Positions 34,405 to 45,488 of a DNA stretch of 55,513 nucleotides are shown here, one piece after another. The notes under the pieces were generated by a model. That model was not told the origin of the DNA. It ran no database searches and saw nothing but the letters and a program-made list of their open reading frames with translations. A program made the position numbers and the translations under genes. Source of the DNA: a virus (Duplodnaviria > Caudoviricetes); the IMG/VR virus record IMGVR_UViG_3300030090_003604, positions 1 to 55,513 of that record; one strand, written 5' to 3'. Position 1 is the stretch's first letter, and the number at the start of each line of letters is the position of its first letter.

Positions 34405-35979
34405 CTAATTAGCTACTTCTGTCCAATTAATTTTATAAACCTTACCATTTCGTTCATTTTTTATAAACAAATCATTTTCTCCCTCTTGAATTGTGTAGTC
34501 TCCCCAGGTTCCGTCAACGTCATTAGCTCCACCTTTATTAGATAGTTTAAGGTCATTAACATATAAGTTTTGCCATCTAGCACTTGTTGATCCTAAATCT
34601 CTATTACCAGATGGGATTACATTTAAGTTAAAACTGAAAGTAGATCCATCACAATCTATTCTTCCAGCATGATCTGCTGTTGAATTATCAGCAGTATGAA
34701 AATCTATATAACGACCAGCTTCTAATACTCCAGAAGCATCTACAAAAGGAACAACACCCCATCTATTTCCAGAAGAAGATGCTGCAAGTCCATTCAATTG
34801 CGTGGAATTAGTTGCAGTTGCAGCATTACCTGATGTGTCTTGGTTACCCGCAATATTAACCCCTGGTAGATTTATAGCTGATGAGCCGTTAAAACTTACT
34901 CCTCCAATATTTCTAGCTGTAGCAAGAGTTGTGGCAGTTCCAGCGTTTCCTGTAATACTTCCTGTAATTGTTCCAGTTACCTCTAAAGCACCATTAACTT
35001 TTGCTGCTGTTTTTATATCAAATAAAGAACTACTTGATATAAGGTAAGTTGATGATCCAGCCCTGTTTCTTAAATTATGTACATCTGCATCTATAAATGA
35101 ATCATTAGCATCTGTACCAAAACGTGCGTAGCCGTCATTATTTTCTACTCTTATAAAAACACCACCATTTATTGCTTGTTTAATATGTAATCTGTCATCA
35201 GGAGTTATAAATGTACCAATAACAACGTCACCGTCATCATGGATAACCATTCTAACATTATCACTTGTAATAAATTTCATATCTGCTGCTTCATTAGCCT
35301 CAATTATGAAATTTCCAGTTCCTCTATGAATTAATGATGTACTTGAATTAGCACCAGTATTACCTCTAATAATCCTAAAACCGTAATCTGTATAAGTGCC
35401 GTCACCAACTAAATCAATATAAGCATTTCTGTTGCCTGACCCGCCTCTTCCAATCTCTACAATACTATCATTTGTACCATTTTGTATTCTTAAATCTCCA
35501 TAAATGTCAAGTGTGTAGGCAGGGTCAACTGTGCCAATACCAACCTGACCGTTGCTTTCTATTGTTAATCTATCAGTACTATTTGTTGTAAATCTAATCT
35601 CATTAGCTGCTGGTAAATATACTCCATTAGCTGGTGCTGTTGATCCTGTAACATTTAATCTTGAACCTTGAATTTGACCTGTAGCAGATAAGTTTCCAGT
35701 TATTGATGCTCCACCTGTGGCAGTTAAAGCTCCTGTTTCTATATTGACAAACTTGTGAGTTCCGCTTGCACCTTCTAATCTTTCAAAAGCATTATTAGCT
35801 GCGTTACGTCTTTCAAAATAACCATTAGATGCGTTCCATCTAACTGCCCTTACTGGATAAGTACCTGTAAATGTTGACCCACTAGAAAATAAAGACGATA
35901 TATCATCATCTCTACCTTTTAATTCGGTAATAAAATTTGTATATGTGCTTGTTAAAGCTGGTTTTGTAAAGTCGGCCAT
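34405..35979 (-). CDS. Second tail fibre protein
   Basis: RLTI.S.GQVGIGT..P..LDI; TGNAGTATTLATARNIGGVSFNGS; C-terminal domain shared with the 1876-aa fibre. Confidence 0.8.
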   Translation of the reverse strand: MADFTKPALTSTYTNFITELKGRDDDISSLFSSGSTFTGTYPVRAVRWNASNGYFERRNAANNAFERLEGASGTHKFVNIETGALTATGGASITGNLSATGQIQGSRLNVTGSTAPANGVYLPAANEIRFTTNSTDRLTIESNGQVGIGTVDPAYTLDIYGDLRIQNGTNDSIVEIGRGGSGNRNAYIDLVGDGTYTDYGFRIIRGNTGANSSTSLIHRGTGNFIIEANEAADMKFITSDNVRMVIHDDGDVVIGTFITPDDRLHIKQAINGGVFIRVENNDGYARFGTDANDSFIDADVHNLRNRAGSSTYLISSSSLFDIKTAAKVNGALEVTGTITGSITGNAGTATTLATARNIGGVSFNGSSAINLPGVNIAGNQDTSGNAATATNSTQLNGLAASSSGNRWGVVPFVDASGVLEAGRYIDFHTADNSTADHAGRIDCDGSTFSFNLNVIPSGNRDLGSTSARWQNLYVNDLKLSNKGGANDVDGTWGDYTIQEGENDLFIKNERNGKVYKINWTEVAN

Positions 35980-38900
35980 TTAAACTCCTCTTACAGTAAA
36001 GTCTACAGTTCCAGCAACACCGTTGCCACTATCGTCAAACAAAAATACTTTAAAACCGTTTTGTGGATTTGCAGTATCTAGAAAATCATAAATAGCATAC
36101 TTAGCATTAGTGTTTGATGGAGTTCCTTGTATTGTTAATTGTATTGAATCAACATCAAGAAAAGTCTCTGCAAATGTAACTTGTTTACCAGAACCTTGAG
36201 ATTCTGATGCAGTTACATCTACTCTACCTTGATCTGTTTTACGTTTTAAAAATGTTTTAACACGAATACTATTAACTTTAATTAAATCATCATTATTAGC
36301 ACCAGCGAATGAATATTGAATTTTTATATATCTAAAATTTTGACCTATTACATTAGCATTACCAGACCCTTTAGAAGTGTAAGTAACATTATCAGGTGAT
36401 GTAAATATATGAGGAGTAATAGTTAGCCCTGATCCAATTGTTTCAGAAGCTACTAATCCAATACTGGATTCAATTCTTGTTGAAAGTATTGTAGCTCCTG
36501 TGTCTATGATCTCTTCGTAACTACCTGAGTTCTCACTAGGTAAAGCATAAGTAGTGGTGCTACCATAAACACCAAAAGTCCTAGACGTATCATTGTTATT
36601 TGGGTCAAAATGTTGCCTCCAAGTTCTTGATGTATTTATACAAAAGAATAACCCGCCATCATCAACAAATCCATTTACTATTGTGCCATTAAATGTACTT
36701 GCAAAATCTTGTGTTAACACAAAATCAGGAGGTTGATTAACTTCTGCTACAACAGAATTTTGCGTTCCTTCATTTCCAGCAGTATTAACTGGTTTTAAAA
36801 TATATTCAAATTGACCACCTACTTGTTCAAAAACTGTTGTAAAAGTTCCTAATTTTTGTCCAACTAAAGTACTTAAATTATTTCTATATACGTTGTAATG
36901 TTTTATTGGTAATTGGTTTACACCGACAGCACTTTCTGTCCATCTTAATAACACGTTGTTATCAATAACTTCATCACTTAAGTTTGTTACAGCAGACGGT
37001 ACAGCAACAGTAAAATCTACGTCTTGTAAATTACCATCATTTCCATTCACATCAACTGCTCTTACAAAATATCTTTGTGTTGCATTTGTCCATGTAACTT
37101 CTTCAGTAACAGATGTACCATTTTGTTGAAAATCAGCAGTACCCACAGATGTAGCACCCGCATTTTCTCTGTAAATTTTATAAAAAGCTATTGGCAATCC
37201 ATTTACCTTACCGCTAACAGTTGGCAAAGAAACCTCATCCCAACTTACAAAAGCACTTGCCCCCTTAATAACAGCAGTTAAATTATTAGGTGCTGGGGAT
37301 GGGCTTACTGATACGTCAGGATAATTAGAAATTCCAGTACGACCAATATTTCCAATAGTACCGTTTGCATCCCTAGCTGCTACAAAAAAACGTCTTGATG
37401 TAGTTGTATTAAGAACACTATGATCAACGTCTAGCAAATAACTTTCAGAATTTATAACATCTACGTCAACAGCAACTCCAAAATCAGTATTGTTTGTAGG
37501 ACTTGCTTTAATAATATAATCCTTAATTTTTGTAGCACCCTCTGTAGGTTTCGCCCAAGTAAGTCTTATTTTTGATCCCTCGTAAACGTATGTAATATTT
37601 GGTGCTGCTGCTTTAGCAAATACTGCGGTAAGAGTTGTATCACTACTTTCTTTACCAGTTATATCTCTAGCTTTTACTTTAAATATTTGATCTGTTGACC
37701 ATGTAACAGGCAAAGTAAAAGTTAATGAATTTGTTGTAGCTATTACTGTTGTTCCTTGCTTTATTTCATATTCAGCTATAGCAAATCTGTTGCCGTTAAT
37801 AACAGAAGCATTCCAATTTAAAATATAATTATCGTCTTGATAAGATCCAGTTAAAGACGTAGGAGCGTTTGGATTATCAAAAGTAATAGCTGTTGTTCTT
37901 GCAAGTTCACTTTCATTACCATCATCATCAACAGCTTTTATTGAATATGTTTGGCTTGCATTACCGCTAGACGGCAATGTTGGTACAACAACAGAGGTTG
38001 CTTTATATTCTCCTAAAAGATTACCACTTCCATAAGTTCCCTCATATATGATGTAACCTCTTATATCTAAATCAGCAAAGTTAGGATGCTGTGGAGCTAT
38101 AGCTGTCCATGACAAAACTACTCCTAAATTTGGATCTAATGAAGCTGCAAAATCAGAATTAACTTGTGATGGTTTTGCGTTTTTACCTACTACTTCAAAA
38201 GCGGTTTTAGTTAAAGGTGAACTAGATTTTTTACCTGATGCACTAATGCTTCTAACTTCAAAATCAAAAAATGATTTACCACTCGAACTACTTACAGCAA
38301 TATCATCAATAGTAAAACTTGGATTTTGTACTTGTACAGTTTGAAAACCACTTGAATCTTTTTGATACCTAAGTTCATATCTATTAACTCCACTAACAGG
38401 TTTCCATGCTAATAAAACCCTTACCTTGACTTGAGTTCTGTATTTATATAACTGTTCAATTGGATATGTAAAACCACCTGTAACTGGACTAACTGTGCCA
38501 TCAGATAATATCTCAGTATCTGAAGCCCAATCACTAGGACTAGCTGGTATTAAATCAAGATTAGTAACATCTCTATGCTTTATGGTTTCTAACGCTTCTA
38601 CTGCTGCATATTTAGATTCGTTATGCAAAACAGCAGTTACACCATATGTAAAATCATCACTCTCTTCTACAGATATAACTTTATATAGCTGTGATTGTAT
38701 TGCTGCACTTGTACCAGTTGTTTCTATTATCCAAAATGATCCCACATTTGGGTCTGTATTTTGAAATGTATCAGTATAAACAGGATTTGGTTGTCTTGTA
38801 TTATCTAAAAAAGGTTTATTACCACTACTATCGTTTACTTTTTTTTCAAATCTATTAACTACAGTAATTTTTTTATTGGTAGTATCAATTGTTGTTATTG

Positions 38901-40905
38901 TTTTTTTACTTATTTGTCCATCAGGTAAAATTACTGATAACATACCTCCCAACCCACCAGTTAAAACTGGAAGATCAACTATATTATCTATTCCAATAAC
39001 ACTATTACCATTAATTGTTTCAATCGATGTAATCTGACCGCCTCTTCTAACTCCAGATTTTACAGGATCTTGAATTTCAATAATTTGACCAGGTGTTATT
39101 AAAGATCCAGCTTGTATAGTTGTCGTGAACGAAACTATATCTGTTTCTGTTGCAAGAGTAGTTAAAAACCATTTTGCAAGTCTTCTAGCTTGATGCCTTG
39201 AAGTAACTCCAAAACTATCAATTGTTTTAGTAACTGCACCGTACTTAAGAACAGCATCATTATCAATTACTTGCTCATATGCTGAATCTCTTAATTCAAT
39301 ATCGAAATATTTAACAACTATAACTGTTGCTCTTGTCTTTGATCCACTACCAGAATAAGAAAATCCATCTTCAGTAACATTAGCTTTAGTGAATAAAAAC
39401 GATGGATCTATTCCAGCTTTATCTTGTATTAGGCTTATACTACCTGACACATATAAAGGCATAGCTCTAAAAACTGAACATAAACTATTTACAACTTTAA
39501 AAACATCTTGTCTGGTCTGTATATTTACATTTAAACTAAATCTTGGTTCTGTAATTGTAGTAACTACTCCACTACCTAACCTATCTTTAAAAGTTACAAG
39601 TTCTGAAGAATATACAGATGCTGCATAAAAACTATAAACATCTAACTGACTAGCACTTATAAAATCTCCACAGCCATATCGCTGACTTGTTAAAAGATCA
39701 AATAAACACCAAGCTGGGTCTGTTGTCCATTGTGCTGCTCCAAGTGTTCCGTTAAAGACATAGTTTGATGGATATATTATTCTGCCGTTGTCTGGATCAA
39801 CTGTCACACCATTTGGAATTTTTACTTTTATTCCTTTTATTAGATAAGACCTTTTAGGAACTGAATTAAATTGTTCCGCATCTATTCTTAACCCAAGAAC
39901 AGCAGAGTTAGGATAGTTAAATCTTTGACCAAAAGTAACAGTTCCAGTTACGTTTGCATCTTCTGTATGTTCAGCTTTGATTACAGTAGGTGAGACAACT
40001 GTATTAACAACCATGCTGATATTAGTACTATTATTAAATTCACAACCGATACTGTCTCCTACTTCTAATAAATGATCTGTTGATGAAGTGATAGTTACTA
40101 TTTTCCCTGCTGCACTACTGCCATTGTTATGTGTATATGTACCAGACAAATCAGATGCTTGATGTTTAATTAACGTATGAGAGGTAACATAAAATTTACT
40201 GACATGACTAATAAATCCATCATTGTCATTCATAAAAGTTGTATCTGAAGCTGAAGTTCTTATAACTTTAAATCTTACTGGAAAAGTATCTGTACTTATA
40301 TCAAAAACATATTGCTTTTGATAAAGATCAGCAGTTCTACCTTTAATTGTTTGATCTACTGTTCCATTAATAGAAAAATCTTGAAAAGCACCATTACCTG
40401 TTGATTTTTGAAATTTAAATTTAAATTCTGTTCCTTCTGTATCTCCATTATTTTTGATTTTTTGTAATTGAGGAACACTAAACAAAAATAAAACTTGATC
40501 TGTACTAGCATCAGTAATATTAAATTGTTGACCTGTTGCATCAATTTCTACTCCTGATTGAGTGTTATTAATAATATTAGATGCTTTTTCAAAGCCTGGT
40601 AAAACTGGTTGATTAGCTGTTCCATGCTCAACTCGTACAATAACATCATCAAAATTAACAGTACCATCTGCATTCTTTAGTGGAGTATTGTCTAAAAATA
40701 TTGAGCGCATAAAAGAGTCTGTTGCCCCTGAGATTGGATTAACAAATCCATCATCAACTAAACCAGCTATTTCTCCTTCGCTTATAAGATCTACAATATG
40801 TCCAAAGGATCTACTATTTAAAGAATCTGGATCAGTAGAAGGAGTTCGTGAACCACCTCCACCGCCTTTACCGCCACCACCAGAACCAGCAATAAATTTA
40901 TCCAT
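35980..40905 (-). CDS. Tail tip / host specificity protein (lambda gpJ-like) with FN3-like repeats
   Basis: DLISEGEI.GL, YPNSA, RSYLIKGIKV, TTDPAW..FD.LT..RYG, EPRF. Confidence 0.9.
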   Translation of the reverse strand: MDKFIAGSGGGGKGGGGGSRTPSTDPDSLNSRSFGHIVDLISEGEIAGLVDDGFVNPISGATDSFMRSIFLDNTPLKNADGTVNFDDVIVRVEHGTANQPVLPGFEKASNIINNTQSGVEIDATGQQFNITDASTDQVLFLFSVPQLQKIKNNGDTEGTEFKFKFQKSTGNGAFQDFSINGTVDQTIKGRTADLYQKQYVFDISTDTFPVRFKVIRTSASDTTFMNDNDGFISHVSKFYVTSHTLIKHQASDLSGTYTHNNGSSAAGKIVTITSSTDHLLEVGDSIGCEFNNSTNISMVVNTVVSPTVIKAEHTEDANVTGTVTFGQRFNYPNSAVLGLRIDAEQFNSVPKRSYLIKGIKVKIPNGVTVDPDNGRIIYPSNYVFNGTLGAAQWTTDPAWCLFDLLTSQRYGCGDFISASQLDVYSFYAASVYSSELVTFKDRLGSGVVTTITEPRFSLNVNIQTRQDVFKVVNSLCSVFRAMPLYVSGSISLIQDKAGIDPSFLFTKANVTEDGFSYSGSGSKTRATVIVVKYFDIELRDSAYEQVIDNDAVLKYGAVTKTIDSFGVTSRHQARRLAKWFLTTLATETDIVSFTTTIQAGSLITPGQIIEIQDPVKSGVRRGGQITSIETINGNSVIGIDNIVDLPVLTGGLGGMLSVILPDGQISKKTITTIDTTNKKITVVNRFEKKVNDSSGNKPFLDNTRQPNPVYTDTFQNTDPNVGSFWIIETTGTSAAIQSQLYKVISVEESDDFTYGVTAVLHNESKYAAVEALETIKHRDVTNLDLIPASPSDWASDTEILSDGTVSPVTGGFTYPIEQLYKYRTQVKVRVLLAWKPVSGVNRYELRYQKDSSGFQTVQVQNPSFTIDDIAVSSSSGKSFFDFEVRSISASGKKSSSPLTKTAFEVVGKNAKPSQVNSDFAASLDPNLGVVLSWTAIAPQHPNFADLDIRGYIIYEGTYGSGNLLGEYKATSVVVPTLPSSGNASQTYSIKAVDDDGNESELARTTAITFDNPNAPTSLTGSYQDDNYILNWNASVINGNRFAIAEYEIKQGTTVIATTNSLTFTLPVTWSTDQIFKVKARDITGKESSDTTLTAVFAKAAAPNITYVYEGSKIRLTWAKPTEGATKIKDYIIKASPTNNTDFGVAVDVDVINSESYLLDVDHSVLNTTTSRRFFVAARDANGTIGNIGRTGISNYPDVSVSPSPAPNNLTAVIKGASAFVSWDEVSLPTVSGKVNGLPIAFYKIYRENAGATSVGTADFQQNGTSVTEEVTWTNATQRYFVRAVDVNGNDGNLQDVDFTVAVPSAVTNLSDEVIDNNVLLRWTESAVGVNQLPIKHYNVYRNNLSTLVGQKLGTFTTVFEQVGGQFEYILKPVNTAGNEGTQNSVVAEVNQPPDFVLTQDFASTFNGTIVNGFVDDGGLFFCINTSRTWRQHFDPNNNDTSRTFGVYGSTTTYALPSENSGSYEEIIDTGATILSTRIESSIGLVASETIGSGLTITPHIFTSPDNVTYTSKGSGNANVIGQNFRYIKIQYSFAGANNDDLIKVNSIRVKTFLKRKTDQGRVDVTASESQGSGKQVTFAETFLDVDSIQLTIQGTPSNTNAKYAIYDFLDTANPQNGFKVFLFDDSGNGVAGTVDFTVRGV

Positions 40906-41510
40906 TATGCCTCTATATCATTAGTTTCGATTTTTGTTGAAATTGGAATTGAACCAACCAAAGTTTTTCCATATACCACAGGAATTGCAGTTCCAGCCCT
41001 GGTAGTCTGTTGCACCCCACTAAATGAAAAAGACTTTACAGGATCTGTTTCATCATCAGGCAATTCTGGTGTAGGAGTCAACAGCCCTGCAACACCACTT
41101 AAAACTAATAACATACCAATCTTGCCAGACAAAGCAAACCATGATATGCCTGATTTTGTTAATACAGGTGCTTTTAAAAACTCTCCAAAAGTTAAACCTC
41201 CAGAAAACAAAAATCCTAGACCTATTAAAGCAACTCCAGCTATTATTTTACCTACGTTACCAGCACCAATAACAACTGGTATTATTTTTATATCTAAACC
41301 ACCACTAGGAAAATTAAGTAAATCCTCATCAATATTATGTTCCCCTACATAAACTTTATAAAACTGACTAGACATATGTTGTTCTAATCCAGCAAAATTT
41401 GCTTTTAAAAAACGTACTGCATCTATTGGTTGATTAATAACTGCCTCAAATTGATTTTGACCACCACAAAAATCTGCAAGTCCTCCATACACTTTTACTT
41501 TACTTAACAT
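40905..41510 (-). CDS. Tail assembly protein gpI-like
   Basis: IIPV..GAG, SFSFSG, G..IPVVYG..LVGS. Confidence 0.88.
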   Translation of the reverse strand: MLSKVKVYGGLADFCGGQNQFEAVINQPIDAVRFLKANFAGLEQHMSSQFYKVYVGEHNIDEDLLNFPSGGLDIKIIPVVIGAGNVGKIIAGVALIGLGFLFSGGLTFGEFLKAPVLTKSGISWFALSGKIGMLLVLSGVAGLLTPTPELPDDETDPVKSFSFSGVQQTTRAGTAIPVVYGKTLVGSIPISTKIETNDIEA

Positions 41511-42207
41511 ACCGCAACCTCTTTCCAGTACATTTTACAAGCCATTCCCCATAAAAATCTTTTGAACTTAGTCTACCTTCTATATGATGCAATACCATCT
41601 GTTGTGGCAATAAAAATATACCAACATGATTTAAACCTTGACTATTAATAGAAAACAATAAACTATCACCATTTTCTAATTCCTCGTTGGGTTCTAACTC
41701 TCTAAAACCTGTATCTTTAAAACATTTATCAAAATATGGATTTATACGAAAACTTTCTGGGTCAGTAGGTCTTTCCCAATCTCTTAATATTATTCCAACA
41801 GATTCATAATAATCTTTTACTAAAGTCCAACAATCATGTACTCCAAAAGCATAATGCCTACCAATTAAAGGTGCTTTATAACCTGTTGGCTCAAACTCGT
41901 GCCATTGACCTAATGCAACAGCATATATATACCAAACTTTTTTTGAATTTTCGCAAGCAGTTAAATCAGCAGAACTAGGAAATGGAGTTTGATATGGATG
42001 TGAATGAAAAATTCCAACAATAGTTCCAGAATCTTCTGCTTCTGCATAATCTATAGGATCGATAATAAAATGATCATATGTATTAATTGCTATATTTTTG
42101 CATCTCTTATATCTTTTACGACCTTTAACAACAACCACTAAACCACAAACTTCAGATGGAAACATATCCTCTGCGTGTTTTTGTGCTTCAATTCTCCAAT
42201 TACTCAT
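41500..42207 (-). CDS. Tail assembly protein gpK-like (JAB + NlpC/P60); start revised to MSNWRI
   Basis: E.CG, HSHP, PS.AD; LIGR...GVHDCW, NHVGI, LHH..GRLS. Confidence 0.88.
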   Translation of the reverse strand: MSNWRIEAQKHAEDMFPSEVCGLVVVVKGRKRYKRCKNIAINTYDHFIIDPIDYAEAEDSGTIVGIFHSHPYQTPFPSSADLTACENSKKVWYIYAVALGQWHEFEPTGYKAPLIGRHYAFGVHDCWTLVKDYYESVGIILRDWERPTDPESFRINPYFDKCFKDTGFRELEPNEELENGDSLLFSINSQGLNHVGIFLLPQQMVLHHIEGRLSSKDFYGEWLVKCTGKRLRYVK

Positions 42208-42778
42208 GGAATGATCCAACACCAGGAAACTGTCTAGGTAAAACTTGTCTTGCAGGGATTTTAAAATTAGGTAAATCCCATATCGCACTTAATTCAAACT
42301 CAACAACTTCTCTATTTTCAACAGATTTACGATCAACAATAAAAACTTGAGTTCTACTTGTAGCAGCCGTATTTGCAGTAGACTCACCGTCAAGAAACAT
42401 CGCTAATGTTTCTATTCTTGTTAGTTTTGCATTTAACAAATCATTACCAGGTGTAATCTTATTTACCTCTATAAGTATTGTTGATACTGTAGATAACAAA
42501 TTGCTTACTCTTAAAACTGGTCTAGCTATTGCATCATTTTGTCCACTTTTTTGATCAAATCCTTCTGCCTCAATAGGCATTGGAGTATAAGTTTTGCTGT
42601 TAAAAACAATAGATCCAGCACCAGCAGCGGTCATTCCAGAATGCCAACAATATGTAGTAGTAACACTATCTGGATTACCTGTGGCATAATGTATTCCCTC
42701 AACAAGTTCAAGTTCATATAGTTGAATTATTGCACTTGGGTCAGGTTTTTGTAATTCACTAATATATGAATCCGTCAT
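42200..42778 (-). CDS. Minor tail protein gpL-like (short form)
   Basis: IIQLYEL, PIEAEGF, RP.LRVSN, R..T...FLD, DRK..ENRE.VEFEL, FPGVG. Confidence 0.85.
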   Translation of the reverse strand: MTDSYISELQKPDPSAIIQLYELELVEGIHYATGNPDSVTTTYCWHSGMTAAGAGSIVFNSKTYTPMPIEAEGFDQKSGQNDAIARPVLRVSNLLSTVSTILIEVNKITPGNDLLNAKLTRIETLAMFLDGESTANTAATSRTQVFIVDRKSVENREVVEFELSAIWDLPNFKIPARQVLPRQFPGVGSFHE

Positions 42779-43143
42779 GGCTCAAATACTTCTCTAAATA
42801 CCAACTCAATATCATTTAAATCATGTGAAACCATAGTAACTGATGGATTCTGACAAACCCATTTCCCAGCCGATCCGAAAGGAGGATTCCAATCAAATGC
42901 TTTTGCACCATTATTACCCTTTGTTGGATCAGCTAAAAAATTTAATATGTTGGTAGTTACTGTGTCTGATCTATTTAAAAAAGATAAAGAAAATGTTCTT
43001 CTACTTGCATTTATTCCATTCTGTAAACGCTGCTCATATCCATCGCCCATAGCAACAGTAATAATATTATTTTCAACTGTTAATTTTGGAGAATAACTTG
43101 GCGATACATCAGAGCCAACACCAGAAGAATCAAAAGTTGCCAT
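42775..43143 (-). CDS. Minor tail protein gpM-like
   Basis: GDGYEQR...GIN, AFDWNPP, F.EVFEP. Confidence 0.88.
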   Translation of the reverse strand: MATFDSSGVGSDVSPSYSPKLTVENNIITVAMGDGYEQRLQNGINASRRTFSLSFLNRSDTVTTNILNFLADPTKGNNGAKAFDWNPPFGSAGKWVCQNPSVTMVSHDLNDIELVFREVFEP

Positions 43144-45488
43144 TACGAATAAAGAATGCCACCTGGCCGTTTTTGCTTGATTAATTCTGCTTCTACAGCA
43201 GTACCTATCATCTTACCAAGTTGATTTGCTTTCATTGTATTACCTTGAGCAGAAGTTCCACCAGCATTTACAGAAACATTAACAACAGTACCTCCTCCTC
43301 CAGAAGATTCAACTCCAAGTTTTCCACCTTTACCACGTTTAAGTGGCATAATCGCTTCTGGCGAACCAGCTTCAGCCATCAAACCAACACCTCCCCGCGC
43401 CAAGGGAAATACGGATGGACGTTTAACAACGCCCCCATAGCTGAAAGGAACAACTTTATTTTTGGCAAAAACATTTCCTTTAGCACTCTTTGTTACTTCA
43501 CCACCCTCAACAACACCACCATCTCCTAAACCGAGTGCTTTTTTAAATGGATCGAATATAAGTTGGAATAATAATGCTTTTAGTATCATTCTTTGTAAGT
43601 CTTGTAAAATTGATCGTGCTAAATCTCCAAACGAAGCTTTTCCTGTAACCATTAAATCAACAAAAGAATCTGCTAAACGATCAACAGCACCAATTGCATA
43701 TTGCCCTATGTTTGTTCCTAAATCAGTAACTGAATCATAAAGTTCTTTAAATGATTCTTTAAAATTAAATGTTTCATTTTTTGCATTTTTTAAAGCTTCT
43801 TTAACATAATCAATATTAATTCCTAATTGTTCTGATATTCTTAAAGCCTCTTGATCTAATTTTATTTGATCAAATTTTTCTTGTGTAATCTGACCTGATA
43901 ATAATTGAAAATCTAGAAATGCATTATATTGTTCATTTTCTGCTTTTTCTTCTTCATCTCTTAATTTTTGAGTGAAATCTAATCTTTTTTGTAAATTTTT
44001 TATATATTTATCATCATCTCCAGTAGGACTCATAAAATTAGTTAAATCATTTGCAGTAACAGGTGCTTTCATTATTCCTTCTTCAAACGCATAACCTTTT
44101 AAATTATCTCTAAACATTTCACTAACTAATTTTCTGTATAAATCCATATCTATTGGTTTCTGCTTTCCAATACTTAGTGAGTGTACATTTCCTTGTTTAT
44201 AATCTTCCTCAGTAAATACTCCAGCTCTTAATTGTGCAATTTTAAAAGCTTGTTTTTCAGCATCTCGTAAAGCTTTATTAGCTACTGATCCAGCAACATT
44301 TTTACCTTCTTCTAATTGGATCATTTTTAAAATATTTCTAGTTTCTAATGCTGCGTTCAGCATATTTACCATACCAGTAATAATATCTTGGAAACCAGCT
44401 CCAATTGGTTGAAAGAACTCTCCAAAACTTAGTTTTAATTTATCTAGTGCTACTTGCATTCTTTGACCAGCGTCAGCAGTAGAATTTGCCATTTCTCTAG
44501 CAGCACTAGCATGATCGGTACTCAACTTAACAACAAATTTCATAACATCATTTAATCCAACAGTTCCATCTCGTAAGTCTTTCTGTAACTGAGGTAATGT
44601 TCTACCTGTTGCTTGTGCAAATTTAACCACGGCGCCTGGTAAGCGTTCACCGAGCTGGCCTTGTAATTCTTCTGCCGACACCTTACCTTTACCAAAAATC
44701 TGCGACATCGCTCGAATAGCAGATTTAACATCTTCTGCATCTCCACCTGTAGCTTTAATAGCCTCAGATACACCTCTAAATACTAATTCTGCATCACTAA
44801 CACTTCCTCCAGCACCAATAACAGATGCAGATAAAGTTGTAAATTGCTTAGTTGCATTTGCGATAGGAACATTCAAACCGTCAGATACAGAAGCAATAAC
44901 TCTTTGTGCTTTTGCAAATTCTTCTTGAGTTTTAGTGACACCTTTTAATGCAACTTCTAGCCTTTTTATATTTCCAGCAAATACAGCAGCACTTTGAGCA
45001 GCACCACTAAAATCCATCCCTGCACCTAAAACAGCACCTATTGCTGCTCCTTTTGCACCACCAAATTGTAAACCAGATAAAGCTAATTGAGATGTTCTAC
45101 CTGGTAAAACTTGAGATGCAATAAGACTTCCAAACCCACTACCAATCTTTCCTCCAATCCCACCACTTTTTTTACTTGTTAAATTAAATTTATTTATTTG
45201 TTCTCTTGTTCTATTTATTTCATTACCTAAACTCCTAAAACTTCTAGAATTTACATTAGTGATATTTCTAATTGCTGTTAAAGCTCGTTCTTTTTGTCTT
45301 AAAGATGCAATTGTTTGCGTAGATGATTTTTTAACAAATTGAATACTCCGACCTAAAGCTTGTACTTGTCTAGTTGTTTTAGGTGCAACTGATTTTTCAA
45401 AGTTTTTTAAAGTTCGTTCTAAACCAGTAAGATCTTTTAAACCTTCAACATCAAGTTTTATCGTAAATTTTTCAACTTGTTTAGCCAC
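43143..45488 (-). CDS. Tape measure protein
   Basis: QIFGKGKVSAEELQGQLGERLP domain; AKGNVF...GLMAEAGSPEAIMPL; lambda-type end KQKRPGGIL. Confidence 0.9.
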   Translation of the reverse strand: MAKQVEKFTIKLDVEGLKDLTGLERTLKNFEKSVAPKTTRQVQALGRSIQFVKKSSTQTIASLRQKERALTAIRNITNVNSRSFRSLGNEINRTREQINKFNLTSKKSGGIGGKIGSGFGSLIASQVLPGRTSQLALSGLQFGGAKGAAIGAVLGAGMDFSGAAQSAAVFAGNIKRLEVALKGVTKTQEEFAKAQRVIASVSDGLNVPIANATKQFTTLSASVIGAGGSVSDAELVFRGVSEAIKATGGDAEDVKSAIRAMSQIFGKGKVSAEELQGQLGERLPGAVVKFAQATGRTLPQLQKDLRDGTVGLNDVMKFVVKLSTDHASAAREMANSTADAGQRMQVALDKLKLSFGEFFQPIGAGFQDIITGMVNMLNAALETRNILKMIQLEEGKNVAGSVANKALRDAEKQAFKIAQLRAGVFTEEDYKQGNVHSLSIGKQKPIDMDLYRKLVSEMFRDNLKGYAFEEGIMKAPVTANDLTNFMSPTGDDDKYIKNLQKRLDFTQKLRDEEEKAENEQYNAFLDFQLLSGQITQEKFDQIKLDQEALRISEQLGINIDYVKEALKNAKNETFNFKESFKELYDSVTDLGTNIGQYAIGAVDRLADSFVDLMVTGKASFGDLARSILQDLQRMILKALLFQLIFDPFKKALGLGDGGVVEGGEVTKSAKGNVFAKNKVVPFSYGGVVKRPSVFPLARGGVGLMAEAGSPEAIMPLKRGKGGKLGVESSGGGGTVVNVSVNAGGTSAQGNTMKANQLGKMIGTAVEAELIKQKRPGGILYS

